A stretch of 64,000 nucleotides of DNA from Octopus vulgaris (lineage: Eukaryota): positions 60,264,001-60,328,000 of the forward strand of contig OX597824.1 of NCBI GenBank assembly GCA_951406725.2, written 5' to 3'. Below the pieces are notes generated by a model that searched no databases, was not told the origin of the DNA, and worked only from the letters and a program-made list of their open reading frames with translations. Both the position numbers and the translations under genes were made by a program. Positions 13,040-26,214 of this stretch are shown one piece after another; within the stretch, counting starts at the first letter, position 1, and each line of letters starts with the position of its first letter.

Positions 13040-13993
13040 ATCATCATCATCACCATCGTTTAACATCCGTTTTCCATGCTAGCATGGGTTGGACGGTTCG
13101 ACCAGGGTCTGGGAAGCCAGGAGGCTGCACTGGGCTCCAGTCTGATCTGGCAGTGTTTCTACAGCTGGATGCCCTTCCTAATGCCAAACACTCTGTGAGT
13201 GTAGTGGATGCTTTTTATGTGCCAGGGGAGGCTGGCAACGGCCATGATCGGTTGGTGGTTTTTACGTGCCACTGACACAGAAGCCACATACGGATGGTGA
13301 TCTTTACATGCCACCAGCACAGGTGCGAGGGTAGGCTGGCAATGGCCACGAATGGTTGGTGCTTTGTACGTGCCACCGGCACGGAAGCCAGTCAAGGCAG
13401 CGCTGGCATCGGCCACGTACGGATGGTGCATTTTACATGCCACTGGCACAGGTATCGCAACCACAATTTCCATTTGATTTTTGATGCTGACGTACTTGAC
13501 TCAATAGGTCTCCTCAAGCACAGTAGGTCGCCCTACGATCCAAAGCACTTTGGAAGGGCTGGGGCTTCTATGTGAAGCTGGTGCAGGAAACAGCCATGAA
13601 CCCACATTATTTTTCGGGTCTTCGCAGTCACAGCATATCTCCAGAGGTCTCGGTCTTCTGTCATTGCCTCTGTGAGACCCAACGTTCGAAGGTCATGCTT
13701 GACCACCTCATCCCATGTCTTCCTGTGTCTACCTCTACCCCAGATTCCTTCAACTGTTTGGGAGTGGCACTTCTTCACACATCTCTCCTCATTCATCCAT
13801 AGTACATGACCATACCAGCACAGATGTCTCTCTTGTACGCCACATCCAATGCTTCTTATGTCCAGCCTTTCTCTCAGGGCACTTACACTCTGTCATGTAT
13901 GCACACTAACATTACACATCCAGCGGATCATGCTAGCTTCATTTCTTTCAAGCCTACACATGTCCTATGCAGTCACAGCCCATGTTTCACTGC
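13040..13993 (-). mobile_element. RTE LINE 3' fragment
   Basis: ORF 13533..13796 (GRGRHRKTWDEVVKHDLRTLGL) and (GAT)n tail match the 36378-38909 element. Confidence 0.9.
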
Positions 13994-14620
13994 AAAAGCC
14001 CCCTAAAAGTTGAGAAATTAAATTATGTGGTATTCATACGTTTCTCAGGCATTATGTTAACAATGTAAGTACCAACAGCTATGAATTTAAACTGCATTGT
14101 TGATTTTGATCATCAGTACCTTATCTCTGCTTCATAGCCACTGATAAATGTTAATATATGAACTTCATGTTTTAGCATTTTAGCAGAGTTTGGAATGGAC
14201 AGCTGTGATGTTCAAGCCTTTCCCAATGGTATTAGATATGTAAATGAAACACAGTTCCAAATGGAAAGTAAAAATAGGATGTTGGTTCAGTTATCTGAGA
14301 ACTCTCCGCTCTCCAATAACATCCTCCACACCATCAATAAAATGTTATTGATTTTTCATTATTGGCTGTTTTGGGTGAGAAAATTATTTAGTTTCACTTG
14401 AATAAGTAAAGATACAGGTTTTTTTTTTCTCCGAGAAGCATCAATATTAATGAAGAATGATAGCTCTAAGTACATTGCACTTGGGAAGATTTTGTAAAAT
14501 TATTTGGTTTTCTTCCTCTGAGAGTAAAACTGACAGAATTCAGGAATCTAACAAATGCATGGTAATCTAAGCTCTCTGTTTACAACTAGAAATAACATCA
14601 GCTGTGTACAGTCACTTACA

Positions 14621-14647
14621 TCATTATCATCGTCATTGTCGTCGTCG

Positions 14648-14730
<83 letters not shown>

Positions 14731-15330
14731 GTTTAACATCTGTTCTCCGTGCTGGCATGGGCTGGATGCTTTGACAGGACCCAGTAAATCAGAGGAATGC
14801 ATTGGGCTCCAGTGTCAGCTTTGGCATGGTTTCTGTCCTCTTCCTAATGCTAACCACTTTACAGTACTAGGTGTTTTTCTCATAATACAGGCACTAGTGA
14901 GATTGCTAAATAATTTGCAAGACAAAGAAAAGAAAAAGGAAAAGAAGAAGCACTCTTGACTGAATGCGACTATTTAAGAGAGATGGAGGTGTTGAAGTAT
15001 GAGAGAGGGACAAGTACAGGTGTCTGGCTATAGAAGCTATTCAGTATTTTATTAGGGTGGATGGAAGTAGTTGGGAAGAAGATAAAGATGACGGTGATGG
15101 GATGCCACAGTGAACTCTCAAGGTACAAGAAGGTGAGCATAAAAGAGATTATAGACAATGGATTGGGGTGGAAATGTAGGATAATTTCATAAGAGTACAA
15201 GAGGAGGGTAACTGATGGTTGTATATGGGGGTGGAGGTGAATATAGTGAGTAATGGAGAAGGGTAGAAGTGTGGATGACAGGGAAATATCAATATGTAGG
15301 GGGCAGTAAGGTGACAGAAACAGAAGTATA
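14621..15330 (-). mobile_element. RTE-family 3' tail with long (GAT)n run and upstream pyrimidine-rich segment
   Basis: (CAT)n 14621-14730, conserved tail 14730-14920, purine-rich plus strand to about 15330. Confidence 0.7.
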
Positions 15331-15377
15331 TGTATCATATATGTACAATCATCATCAGTGTCAGCGTCATCGTCAAC

Positions 15378-15745
15378 ATCATCATCATCATCATTGTTTA
15401 ATGTCTGCTTTCCATGCTGGCATGGGTTGGATGGTTTGACTGAAAACTGGTAAACCAGGGAGCTGTACCAGGTTCCAATCTCATTTGGAAAGGTTTCTAC
15501 AGCTGGATGCCTTTCCTATTGCCAACCACTCCAATAGTGTAGTGGGTGCTTTTTATGTGCCACCAACATAGATGCCATTGATGTGACACTGGCATCAGTC
15601 ACGACTATGATCTCACTTGGCTTAACAGGTCTACACAAGCATGGTATATTGCTAAAGTCTTGGTCACCTATCACTGCCTCCGTGAGGTCCAACGTTTGAA
15701 TGGTGCTTTTTATATGCCAGTCAGGTGGCACTGGCATTTGCATTT
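15378..15745 (-). mobile_element. RTE LINE 3' fragment
   Basis: Conserved tail (ttccatgctggcatggg...ctacagctggatgcc) plus ORF-end sequence. Confidence 0.8.
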
Positions 15746-16200
15746 ACTTGAAGGATGTGCTCAAAGCAAAACTGGGCAAGAACATATGTGCTAGACTCTT
15801 CAATAGCACTGTCCTGTCTGTGTATTTATATGCCAATGAGATGTGAACTACGACAAAAAGGGAAGAACATCAATTGGCTATGACACAAAGGCAATAGAAA
15901 CATCTACGCTAGGAATATCATTGCATGAGTATATCCAAAATGAAATGATTTGGGAACAGAGCTGAGCAAATGATATGATTGCAGAATATCAAAAGCACAA
16001 GTTTCACTGGGCCAGATATGTCACAAGGTTCAAAGAGACAACAGGAGGACCCATGAAGTTGCTGAGTGGTATCCAAGAGATCAGAAAAGGCTTTTTAGAC
16101 TATCTCCATGATGACAGGAAGCTGATTTAGTTAAATGATTTGGGCCAAGAATGGTATGCTCAAGAAAGAGATGGAAGTGCATTGTGACTGGTGATGCATA
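15746..16200 (+). mobile_element. Decayed C-terminal fragment of a second RTE-type LINE family
   Basis: Hand translation LFNSTVLSVYLYANEM...LGISLHEYIQNE...KFHWARYV...EWYPRDQKR, typical of the RTE post-RT region. Confidence 0.7.
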
Positions 16201-16699
16201 ACTACATTTGATAGTCTGGTTTATATAGTAACATAGTGATATAGTTATGATAACAGGTTCATAAGTGGAAAAAACATTGTGCTTAGCTATTAAGTGTATA
16301 ATTCCTTTGAAAGGGTTATTTTTGATCATCATATAATAGTTGCCAGAATTTTAATGAGCTTACACAACAACAAAAATATTAAAAAATTTCTGCCATAAAA
16401 CAGGTTTTCATTTCACAACAAACAAATTCATCAACAATACATAATCTCAGACAAACATAGGCTTGAGGTGTGGCAGATGTAACCAGCTTCTTGAATGCAA
16501 AATATAACAATATAGCAACATATAACGTATGATCATTGTGTCACTTCATATCAATAAGCTACAGAAGAATCTTTTACCTCCAATGGGAGTCTGAAGTAAG
16601 TATAGAGAAGCACAGTCAGTTGAAAAGTACTAACCACTTAAAGTCAACCAAATCTTCAAGGACAAATATCAAATTTAAAAGAGCTCAATAAAATCTTAC

Positions 16700-17400
16700 T
16701 TATATTTATGAAAAGAATGACAGAAATATATTGAAAGGAAAATATATCTGATTGTATACACAGCGGTAAACAATCAATCCTCCCTGCTCTGGCTAATGGC
16801 CAATGAAATTAGTGGCAGAAGAAGTATGAATAAGTTAAAACGAAAAGCTACGAGTCTTCAGTAATGATTAAATAAGCAGAAAGAGCATTTCCTGAAAAGT
16901 TCTTGACAATCTCCCATCAGTTTCAGATACACCCATAGAAACTGCTATTAAATATAACCTTGACTTCAAATTTGGTGACAAACTTTAGATGAACTCATAG
17001 AAGTACTGAAAAGGGTGAAAATCAGGAAGGTAACAAGATTTGATATGTCATTAGTATTTTAGGAGACAGAGGCATTCTAGAAGACAGAGGCATACTAGAG
17101 GACAAAGGCATTCTAGAGGACAAAGGCATTCTAGAAGGCAGAGGCATCTTTTAATGATGTAATGTAGTTTACAATCAAAACATTTTTGGGAAATTAGCCA
17201 ACAGTTGTATTCTTCCATTCTCACTCAAAGAAATTTAGATCTAGTTTAAAACTACTGAGGAATTATGTTAATGGTGACAAAATCAAATATCTATGACAAA
17301 CTGTTGCTGAAATATATGACTATGATGAAACCAAAATAAATTCATGAAAAATTGGCAGTTAGAAGATTCATTGAAAAGTTAGAGTAGCAAATCTACAAAG
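16700..17400 (+). mobile_element. Highly decayed LINE RT-proximal fragment with internal 18-bp tandem repeat (17066-17148)
   Basis: ELIEVLKRVKIRKVTRFD and NY*GIML-like motifs; gacagaggcattctagaa about 4.5 times. Confidence 0.35.
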
Positions 17401-17989
17401 TCTTACATTCCCGCCATGACCATCCCATAAATTTTATATATCTAAGACTGCAGTTTCAAAGTGGCTTTTTTTTCAGCTGATAAGTTCTGAGGAAATTGGT
17501 GAAGTCTGTGAGTTTGGATATGTGTGTTATTTGTGAAGAGTCAAGGATGTCTCATCGTCTGAGAGAGGTGGGTGGGCAGACAGGCAAAAAGACAAAGAAG
17601 CAGACTGACAGGCAAACAAACTGACAGATTGACAGAGAGATACTCCATGAGCCTATGGGGGAGACTACATGGTTGCTCAAAATGCTTGAAATGGTAGCTG
17701 AAAAAAGCTTCTCTTTTTGCTTTATGATTTATCCAGAGGGAAAGGAATGCCCATGTCTTATTTTTCCAATATTTCCCATGACAATGGAAAGAAATTATAT
17801 TCACACATGACACCGAGCCTGAATGTTTGCAACATAACAGACCCTCTACTTAAGACACAATGAACAGATGGTCACATTAAATTGGGTGATAAAGAAACAG
17901 CCTCAAAATGGCCATTTCCTCTTGCTTGGATGGTTTAAAAAAATATGAGAAATCAAGATCTTAACTTGATACATCATGGATTTGAGAGT

Positions 17990-18950
17990 ATAGAGTACAC
18001 ATATAAGATAATCAGAGTACAAACAATAAAATAATCAGATAACAGACTACATTTAAAAGATGATTAGAGAGTACAAACTACATTTACAAATTAACAAGTA
18101 AGTATAGACTACATGTACAGGATAATCAGAGTACAAACTACATATACAAGATAATTAGAGTACGGAGTGCATGAACAGCATAATTAGAATATAAATTACA
18201 TGTGCAAGATAATTAGAGGGTACAACTATAGCTATCAGATAATTAGGGAGTACAAGCTGTATTGTTTATCTTTTATCTTCTACTTGTTTCAGTCATTAGA
18301 CTGCAGCCATGCTGGGGGCACTGCCTTGAGGAATTCTTAGTTGAATGAATTTACCCTAGCACTTCATTTTTTTAAAGCATGGTACTTATTCTATCAGTCT
18401 CTTTTACTGATTTGCTAAGTTATGGGAACATAAACACATGAACATCACTTGTCAAGTGGTGGTGGGAGATAAACATAGAAACAAAGACGCACACACATAT
18501 AGATACAAATATATACATATATAAGACAAGCTTCTTTCAGTTTCTGTCCACCAAATCCACTCACATGGCTTTGGTAGACCCGAGGCTATAGTAGAAGACA
18601 CTTGCCCAAGGTGCCACACACTGGGACAGAACCCAGAACCACATGGTTGGGAAGCAAGCTCCTTACCACACAGCCATGCCTGCTCAAAATAATTAGAGTA
18701 CAGACTGTATGTATAAAACTATCTGAGTACAGATTATTTAATTAATTTTATAAAATAATCTGAGTACATGTATAATATAATCAGAGTATAGGCTACATGT
18801 ATAAGACAGAGTACAGACTACACATACAAAATAATTAAAGTACAGGCTACACATATGAGATAATCAGCATACGTACTATATGCACATGATTGGAGAATGT
18901 ACTACAGTTACAAGATAATTAGAGTACTAACTACACGTACATGATAATCC
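17990..18950. repeat. Degenerate ~29-bp minisatellite interrupted by a SINE
   Basis: Recurring gagtacagactacatatacaagataat-like unit at 17990-18260 and 18690-18950. Confidence 0.75.
18264..18683 (-). mobile_element. tRNA-derived SINE (abundant family)
   Basis: Minus-strand head gcaggcatggctgtgtggtaag...ggttctgtccc; related copies at 25655-25965, 29112-29310, 29770-29970, 31620-31765, 33240-33515, 63830-64000. Confidence 0.85.
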
Positions 18951-19552
18951 CATAAGATTACTCTGTAACTATGGTACCATCATCAGCTGTTGTGTTCTAT
19001 AACATGATTGATGTTTCTGCAATAGAAAGTACATGATATATATACTCTGAGTATGTATGTGTGTGTGTTTTCATGTGGACATGTGTAGATGTTTGTATGG
19101 AAGTGTACCTGGATATGTGTGAATGTGTGTGTGTGTGTGTATGTATCAATGTGAATACATGTGTTTTTTGATATATTTGTGCATAGCTATGTTTTTTTTG
19201 TGTGTGGGTATGTGTACATTTGTGTGTGTATGCATATGCATGTATAACAAAATGTTTGTGAATGTGTGTATGTTATAGTGCATGTCTGAGATTGTGGGTG
19301 TTGGCAGATGGATATATGCATGTGCCTTTGTGTGAATATGTGAGTGTAAAAGAGTGTATATATAGGTGTATGTTGTGTGTGAGAGTCTGTATGTGTGTGT
19401 TGCGTAAGACTGTGCACATGTGTATGCTGTGTGAGTGTATAAATGTTGTTTGAGTGTGTTTATGATGTGTGTGTTTGTATGAGAGTGCATACATAGGTGT
19501 TTAGTGTGAGAGTGTATGGTGTGAGTGTATGATGTGCATATGTGTGTGTGTA

Positions 19553-19593
<41 letters not shown>

Positions 19594-21489
19594 ATGCTAT
19601 CACATATCACTACTTATTGAGATGTCCTAATCCATTAAGTGAGACTGTTGTAAGATGAGAGAGAATATGGCAGGAGAGTAAACATCTTAGTCAGTTGCCT
19701 ACTTTCTGATGTCTGTCTTCATTTTCCTAGCTGCCATAAAAAAAGTAACCAAGTAAATGGTTTGATTCAGTTGATAGCCCCAATCCCTGTTTTCTTCCTT
19801 CAATATGTCTGTGTTTCTGTTGAGACTTAACTATGTATTTTCACTGATTTTGAAATTCTAACACCCTCTTATCCCACCCTCTCTGTCATCCTACCTGAGA
19901 CTACTCCCTACTCTCTTTGTTTCTATGATTCTCTCTGGGTCCTCACTGCCATCATCTGTTTTCTCTTATCTATGTTCATTCTTGACCTTACAATGTGGAT
20001 TTGTCATTTTATTTACCATATAACTGCTTTGGAAGCCATGAAGTGAAATTGTTTTTGCAATTGGCTTACATCACTCTCTTGGTACGTACAACATTAATGC
20101 TGTCCAGCAGGCAAGAGTAGACCATGACATGCTGGCATCAGTGTCTTTATGCAGCAGCTGGATGGTAGGTCACCATCTGAGAGTGGTCTATCATGGACAT
20201 ATGTACACATTATTGGATGGCTGTTGACTCTTAGGAGTTCCTCCACTCTTTGTCAGGTCTTTTTTGTAAGACCTGCAGAGTATCCAAAGTTGTCTTCCTC
20301 ACCAAGCAATCTTGGTGGAGTTACTGGTTTAGTTGCTGACATAAGCTTATCAAGTCATGTCAAAGCCATGAAAAGTCATAGTCACTACGATTGACTGCAG
20401 ATAGATAGCCTTGGAGTCCCCCATCCCACTACAGAAACCATCTTTTTATCCTTATCATTTCGTCCCTCCTTTTATCAGTAACCACTGACACTTATCCTTT
20501 CTCATTCTCCATCCCCAGAAAATGCTCCCTCTACTACCCTCCCTACTACCACACTTTCACAACTATAAATCTGTTCCTCTCATCATTCTTTATCCTCCCT
20601 CATCACCTTGCCTAAAATAATCATATTGTCTATCTGTCTTCAATCTCTTTCTCCCTCTCTTTTCTAGTCTCCTTCAGTTATAGGGGCTTCTTTAAATCCT
20701 ACAAATTTCAAGGTGACCCAACAGGTGTTGGTGACATGAAAAAGCATCCTGTAAAACTCACTAAAGTGGCTGGGATCTAAGAAGATTTGATTCAACTGAA
20801 TCAAAGCATTTATATTGGTAGGATACTAAGAAAATGAAGATAGATATGAGAAAGTAAGCAACTGACTAAGGTGTTTTCTGTCCGGCCAAGATCTCTTTCA
20901 TCTAACAACAGTTGTACTGAATGAATTAGGGCAACATCACAGTGAGTAGTGATAAGTGAAAGCTTTCAATCAGCCATAGAAACCATATTAAAACAGACCT
21001 GGAGCATGATGTAGTCCTCTGACTTGTCAGATCTTGTTGAATCATACAACCCATGCAAGCATGGAAGATGGAGATTAAATGATAATGAAGGAAGATTTCT
21101 GGTCTAATCACTAGACAAGTAGACCTTTGTAATTTCTAAAGCTTCAGCCAAGCTACAAAAACATGAGGGGTGCTGTTACATTTCGCCTTAAAAAAATAAA
21201 AACTATGCAACTACTTCTCTCTCTAAAACAGTATCTCACATGAAATCTTTTTTAAGAATCTAGATCTGAAGAAAAGATAGGCTTCTAGAAGACTAAAGCA
21301 TACATTAAAATGATGAACTTGACATTAAAACCTTTCATCTGTCTTGGAGACTCTTCTTAGAGTTTCCCAGAATAGTGATGCCCTCTCTGTCTCTTTCTTT
21401 TTTTAAATATGGTTTACTGTAGTAGAATGCTGGCTAAGATGACTATAGTTGCTCAATAAAGACACTATCACCAACATAACAGCATAAAT

Positions 21490-21780
21490 GTCACCAGTAC
21501 TAGTACCACCAGTACCAGCAGTAGCAGAAGCATCCCCCATCACCAGCACCAGCACCACCACCACCCCACTGCCGCCGCCGCCACCACCACCACCCCACTG
21601 CCGCTGTTGCCGCCGCCACCACCACCACCGCCACCATCACCACCGCCACCACTTCTACTGCTACTACCACTGGTGCCACCACCATCTCCATCCACAACAA
21701 CAATGATAACAGGACAAACAACGCTACTACCAACAATGACACAAACACCACCACCACCCCAACCAACACAACAATAACGA
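21490..21780. repeat. Compound (CAC)/(GCC)/(CAA) trinucleotide low-complexity tract
   Basis: Direct reading. Confidence 0.85.
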
Positions 21781-21788
21781 CATCGTCA

Positions 21789-22016
21789 TTAACCCTTTTG
21801 TTACCAACCCGGCTGAAACTGGTTCTGGCTCTGAGTACAAATGTCTTGTTTTCATAAGTTTTGAATCAAAATCTTCCATCAAACCTTAGTCACAATTTAT
21901 GTTCCTATCACTAGCTTAATGATAACTAAGTTATTTTACTAAATTCTTTGTTACATTTAAAATAATTGAAAGAAATACAGAGCATTACAAAATAAACACA
22001 GTAATGAAAGGGTTAA
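21789..22016. mobile_element. piggyBac-like MITE (same family as 7440-7668, inverted)
   Basis: TTAA-ccctttt...aaaggg-TTAA; body is the reverse complement of 7440-7668. Confidence 0.85.
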
Positions 22017-22377
22017 ACAGATATCATTATCATGTTTTGTAAATGTTTTTGGGGTCACATGTCAAGTCAGTTCCATAATTTGCTGCCATCTTCTTCATCC
22101 TGACCTCTAACACAGCATCACATGACATAAATCATCTTTAATTTAGCCTCCAAATTGTAGGAGAGGAGTGCACCGTGCACTCCCCGTAATATCTAGAGAG
22201 TTTCTGAGTATAGTCGTATGTGTGTGTGTACGTGTGTGTACGTGTGTGTGTGTGCATGTCAGTGTGTGTGCATCTGAGTTTGTGTGTGTGTCAGTGGGTG
22301 CATATATTTTAAATGTATCTCTATGAAAGAACAGATCTGTCTGTGTATTTCTGTGTGTGAATACGAGTGAGTACATG

Positions 22378-22835
22378 TCATCATCATCATCATCGTCGTT
22401 GTCGTCGTCGTCGTCATCGTCGTTTAACGTCTGCTTTTCATGCTGGCATGGGTTGGACAATTTGATTAAGGGCTGGCAAACCAGGTGGCTGCACCACACT
22501 CCAATCTGATCTAGCAAGGTTTCTACAGCTGGATACCCGTCCTAACACCAATCACTCCGAGAGTGTAGTGGGTGCTTTTTACATGCCACCAGCATGGGTG
22601 CCAGTCAAGCAGAACTGGCATCAGCCACAATGGGGATTTCACTGATTCAACAGGTCTTCTCAAACACAGCATATTGCCCAATGACTGAAGGGTACTTTTA
22701 AACAGGCCAGTTATGTGACACTGGTAATGGCCATGGCTATGATCTCACTTGGCTTGACAGGCCTTCTCAAGCACAGCATATCTCGAAAGGTCTTGGTCAC
22801 TTGTCATTGCCTCTGTGAGGCCCAACATTCGAAGA
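22378..22835 (-). mobile_element. RTE LINE 3' fragment
   Basis: (CAT/CGT)n tail, conserved 3' UTR and ORF end. Confidence 0.85.
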
Positions 22836-22846
22836 CTGTGTGTGTA

Positions 22847-22878
<32 letters not shown>

Positions 22879-22888
22879 ACATAATATA

Positions 22889-24233
22889 CAGGGTGTTTCA
22901 AAGAATTTGATTTCATTTGAGATGTAAATATCACAGAAACTACATAATCAAAGCAAATGAAATTAAACAAGCTTAATGTTCAACAACATAAGATTTATTG
23001 TTCCAAATTTGAATGAGAAATTCAAAGGTATGTGGATTCCATGAACGATTTCACAAATGTTCAATATGCACACCGCCTGAGATATAGCACACAATCCAAC
23101 TCCTCCCAAACATGCTGCAACATGTCTTGTGTAACAGTCTCCAGTGCAATAGTGATTCTCTGCTTGAGTTCCTCTAGGTTTGCAGGAAGAGTGGAGACAT
23201 AGACCAGGACCTTCACATAGCCCCAGAGATAAACATCACAAGGTGTCAGGTCAGGTGAATGTGGTGGCCATTTCAACAGCACATTGTCTTCATCACCAGT
23301 ACACCTGATCCATCTTCCTCGCAGATTGTCATTGAGATAAGCCTGCACAGTGGGCTTCCAGTGAGGTGGAGCCCTGTCCTGTTGAAAAACAAAGTCTTCA
23401 TATTCTTTTGCAATGAGCTCATCCATTAGCCAGTTCTGAAGCATTTGCAGATAAACATTGCCAGTCACATTTCCCTCAAAGAAAAATGGGCCATGAAGAT
23501 GGTTCTTGGAAATGGTGCAGAACACATTCACTTTAGGTGAGTCCCTCTCATGCTCAACTGTGGCATGGAGATTTTCTTCACCCCAAATGCAAACATTATG
23601 CTTATTGACTTTGCTATTTCTATGAAATGTAGCCTCATCACTGAAAACAAGATGTTCCTTGAACTCAGCTTCTTCAAGTTTCTTTTGCACATGAACACAG
23701 AATTGTTTGTGCTTTCACTTGCCATCTGCTGATATGGCCTGAACAAGCTGCAGCTTGTAGGGTTTCATTAGCAAGCATTTCCTTAGGACATGCCAAACTA
23801 TTGTTGGAGGAATCTGGGTTTCCAAACTTCTTCTCTTTATGGACATCTTGAGGCTTCGCAAGAGTTTTTGTCAAATTCCCTCAACTGTCTCTTCCGAGAC
23901 ATTCAGATCCTTTTGCCCTGCACAGACAGCCTTCCTCTTTGAATTTTTTGTGGCATGTCCAAATCTGCATTGCCATTGGTGACTTTTAAAGAAATCTCTC
24001 ACAAATGCATACTGCACAGTCTTGTTCAACTGTATTTGAGCATACTCCAACACACAAAATGCCTTTTCTTTTCCAGTGAATGCCATTTCTATATCTGGAC
24101 AGATGAACATATCAAACATTAAACAAAATTTTGACCTGTTTCTACACATGCTGTTAATAATTGAAGTCATTTGAACAAGAATTGGCAAAGTTATCAGATT
24201 GCGAAATGATATAAAATTCTTTGAAACATCCTG
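22889..24233 (-). mobile_element. Full-length Tc1/mariner-superfamily transposon (DD41D/rosa-like)
   Basis: TA flanks; 20-bp TIR cagggtgtttcaaagaattt / aaattctttgaaacatcctg with 1 mismatch; internal transposase. Confidence 0.92.
23061..24086 (-). pseudogene. Frameshifted DDD transposase
   Basis: Starts MAFTGKEKAFCVLEYA (ATG at 24086); catalytic region FSDEATFH...FQQDRAPPHW...WPPHSPDLTPCDVYLWG; split over several frames. Confidence 0.9.
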
Positions 24234-24258
24234 TATATATATATATATATATATATAC

Positions 24259-24315
<57 letters not shown>

Positions 24316-24398
24316 AGTTCTGAATTAAAATCTTCCATCAAACCTTAGTCACAATTTATGTTCCTATCACTAGCTTAATGATAACTAAGTTATTTTAC

Positions 24399-24434
<36 letters not shown>

Positions 24435-24439
24435 TATAT

Positions 24440-24680
24440 CGAAATCAAAATCAAATTCAATGACTAGCATCTGTGCTAGTGGGGTGCAAAGAGCACCATA
24501 CGAGTGTGATCATTGACAAAGCAGCTAACCGGCTTCCATGCCAGTGGCACATAAAAGGCACCATTCGAGTGTGATTGTTACCAACGTCGCCTAACTGGCA
24601 CTTGAGCCCCGTGCTAGTAGGGTGCTAAGAGCACCATCCGAGCGTGATCGTTGCCAGACCGGCTAACTGGCTTCCGTGTA
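24440..24680 (+). mobile_element. RTE LINE 3' UTR internal fragment
   Basis: Matches 38345-38590 (gcaccattcgagtgtgat repeats). Confidence 0.8.
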
Positions 24681-25015
24681 CATACATTGTGCTATGAAGA
24701 CCCTCTCTTTTCCATTCACTCTGAATATCTTTGCAAATTGTCCCTCTTTACCTCTATCCACATAACAAAAACAAATTTACTGCCTAGCCACAATTTATCA
24801 CCCATTTCAATGCCAAAGTCTGCTGTCTTTCTTCTAAATTGACGGAATGTACAAATGAGATATGGACTCTAAAATCCGCATTGCAATCCACTCTACTAGA
24901 AGGGCAGTAAGTCTATATAAGAACCAACACAGAGCAGAGTGAACTCTTCAGACCTCCTGTGTGAAACAACCTCTCCAATGCAAGTGGTATGATGAAATGT
25001 ATGCTGTATATAGAT

Positions 25016-25375
25016 CAGTGATTCCCAACGTGGGCCCCACCAGTGGAGTCTGGGAAAATTGTGGAGGGCTTGGGCTCCAAAGTTCTTTTTTTTCTTTTTT
25101 TTGTGGTTGGGCATGGAATTATGAAAATCTTTTTTCTCAACAAACATATACTTATATTCAGTCTAACCAAACCAATCCCTTCAGCCAAGCATACTGTGTG
25201 AAGACTGTTTGCTATAGTATAGAGCAATTCTAAAGCACTAGTGTGGATATTTCTTTAAGGAAGGCATATGATTATGAAATATTAACAACAAAGTTTTTTC
25301 CCAACCACTGGCGAGAGATACATTTTTCTGGAAAGTTACACTGGGGCCAGGGTAAAGGTAGGCTGGGAAACACTG
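25016..25375. mobile_element. hAT-like MITE
   Basis: TIR cagtgattcccaac / gctgggaaacactg (12/14 match); flanks atatagat / ttgtagaa resemble a decayed 8-bp TSD. Confidence 0.55.
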
Positions 25376-26214
25376 TTGTAGAACATCCACAAATAGAAAC
25401 CATACGAAAATGAAATGTACTTATAAACTGTGAACTCTCCAGGCTGTATTGTAGGCTGTCTCATGTTTAGGAGGGCAGGGACTCTGACTAGCAATTGGTG
25501 TAGGTTTAGTTTCATATCAGTGACTGTGCTTACATTTTGTAAATTAAAGACAATCACTTTATGAGTTGGTTAGGAAACTTTTGAAATCAATGGGAAGCTG
25601 TTTAGCTGACGCACACATGCCATGAATACACAATCACATATATATATATATATTCGTCTTTTGTCCTTTACTTGTTTCAATCGTTAGACTGCAGCCACGC
25701 TGGGGCATCACCTTGAAGAGCTTTTAGTCAAATAGATTGACCCCAGTACTTTTATTTTTCAGCCAGGTACTTACACCATCAGTCTCTTCTGCTGAATCGT
25801 TAAGTTATGGGAATGTAAACACACCAACACTAGTTGTCAAGTGGTGGTGGTGGGTCAAAACATGTACGCATAGACACACAGACACAGACACACACATGTG
25901 CACGCACACACACACACAAGATGAGCTTCTTTCAGTTTCCAATTACCAGATCCATTCACAAGTCTGAGTTTCAAGTTTTATTTTTACTTGTTTTACAATT
26001 TTACAATATTACATATTATGGTAAGGCAAGTACTTTCATGCTTTCCACAATCTTCAAGTTTATGTAGTAGCATTATTAACTGGCAGTTATGTTTCACAAT
26101 TAATAACTGTAGTGAAATAACTAAATTTGTCCTTCAAATACCTTTTGAAAGGTATTTAATATGATTCTTTTCCAGTCACTTTGGTGAATGGATCTTTGAC
26201 AAGGAAAAATTTAT

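Noticed and set aside
14518-14619. Minus-strand GTAAGT...CAG mini-intron
   Set aside because: Upstream is a LINE (GAT)n tail and downstream frames close quickly.
14548-14959. Poly-D and poly-S ORFs (likewise poly-H/P at 21488, poly-I/A/V at 11769)
   Set aside because: Trinucleotide microsatellite translations.
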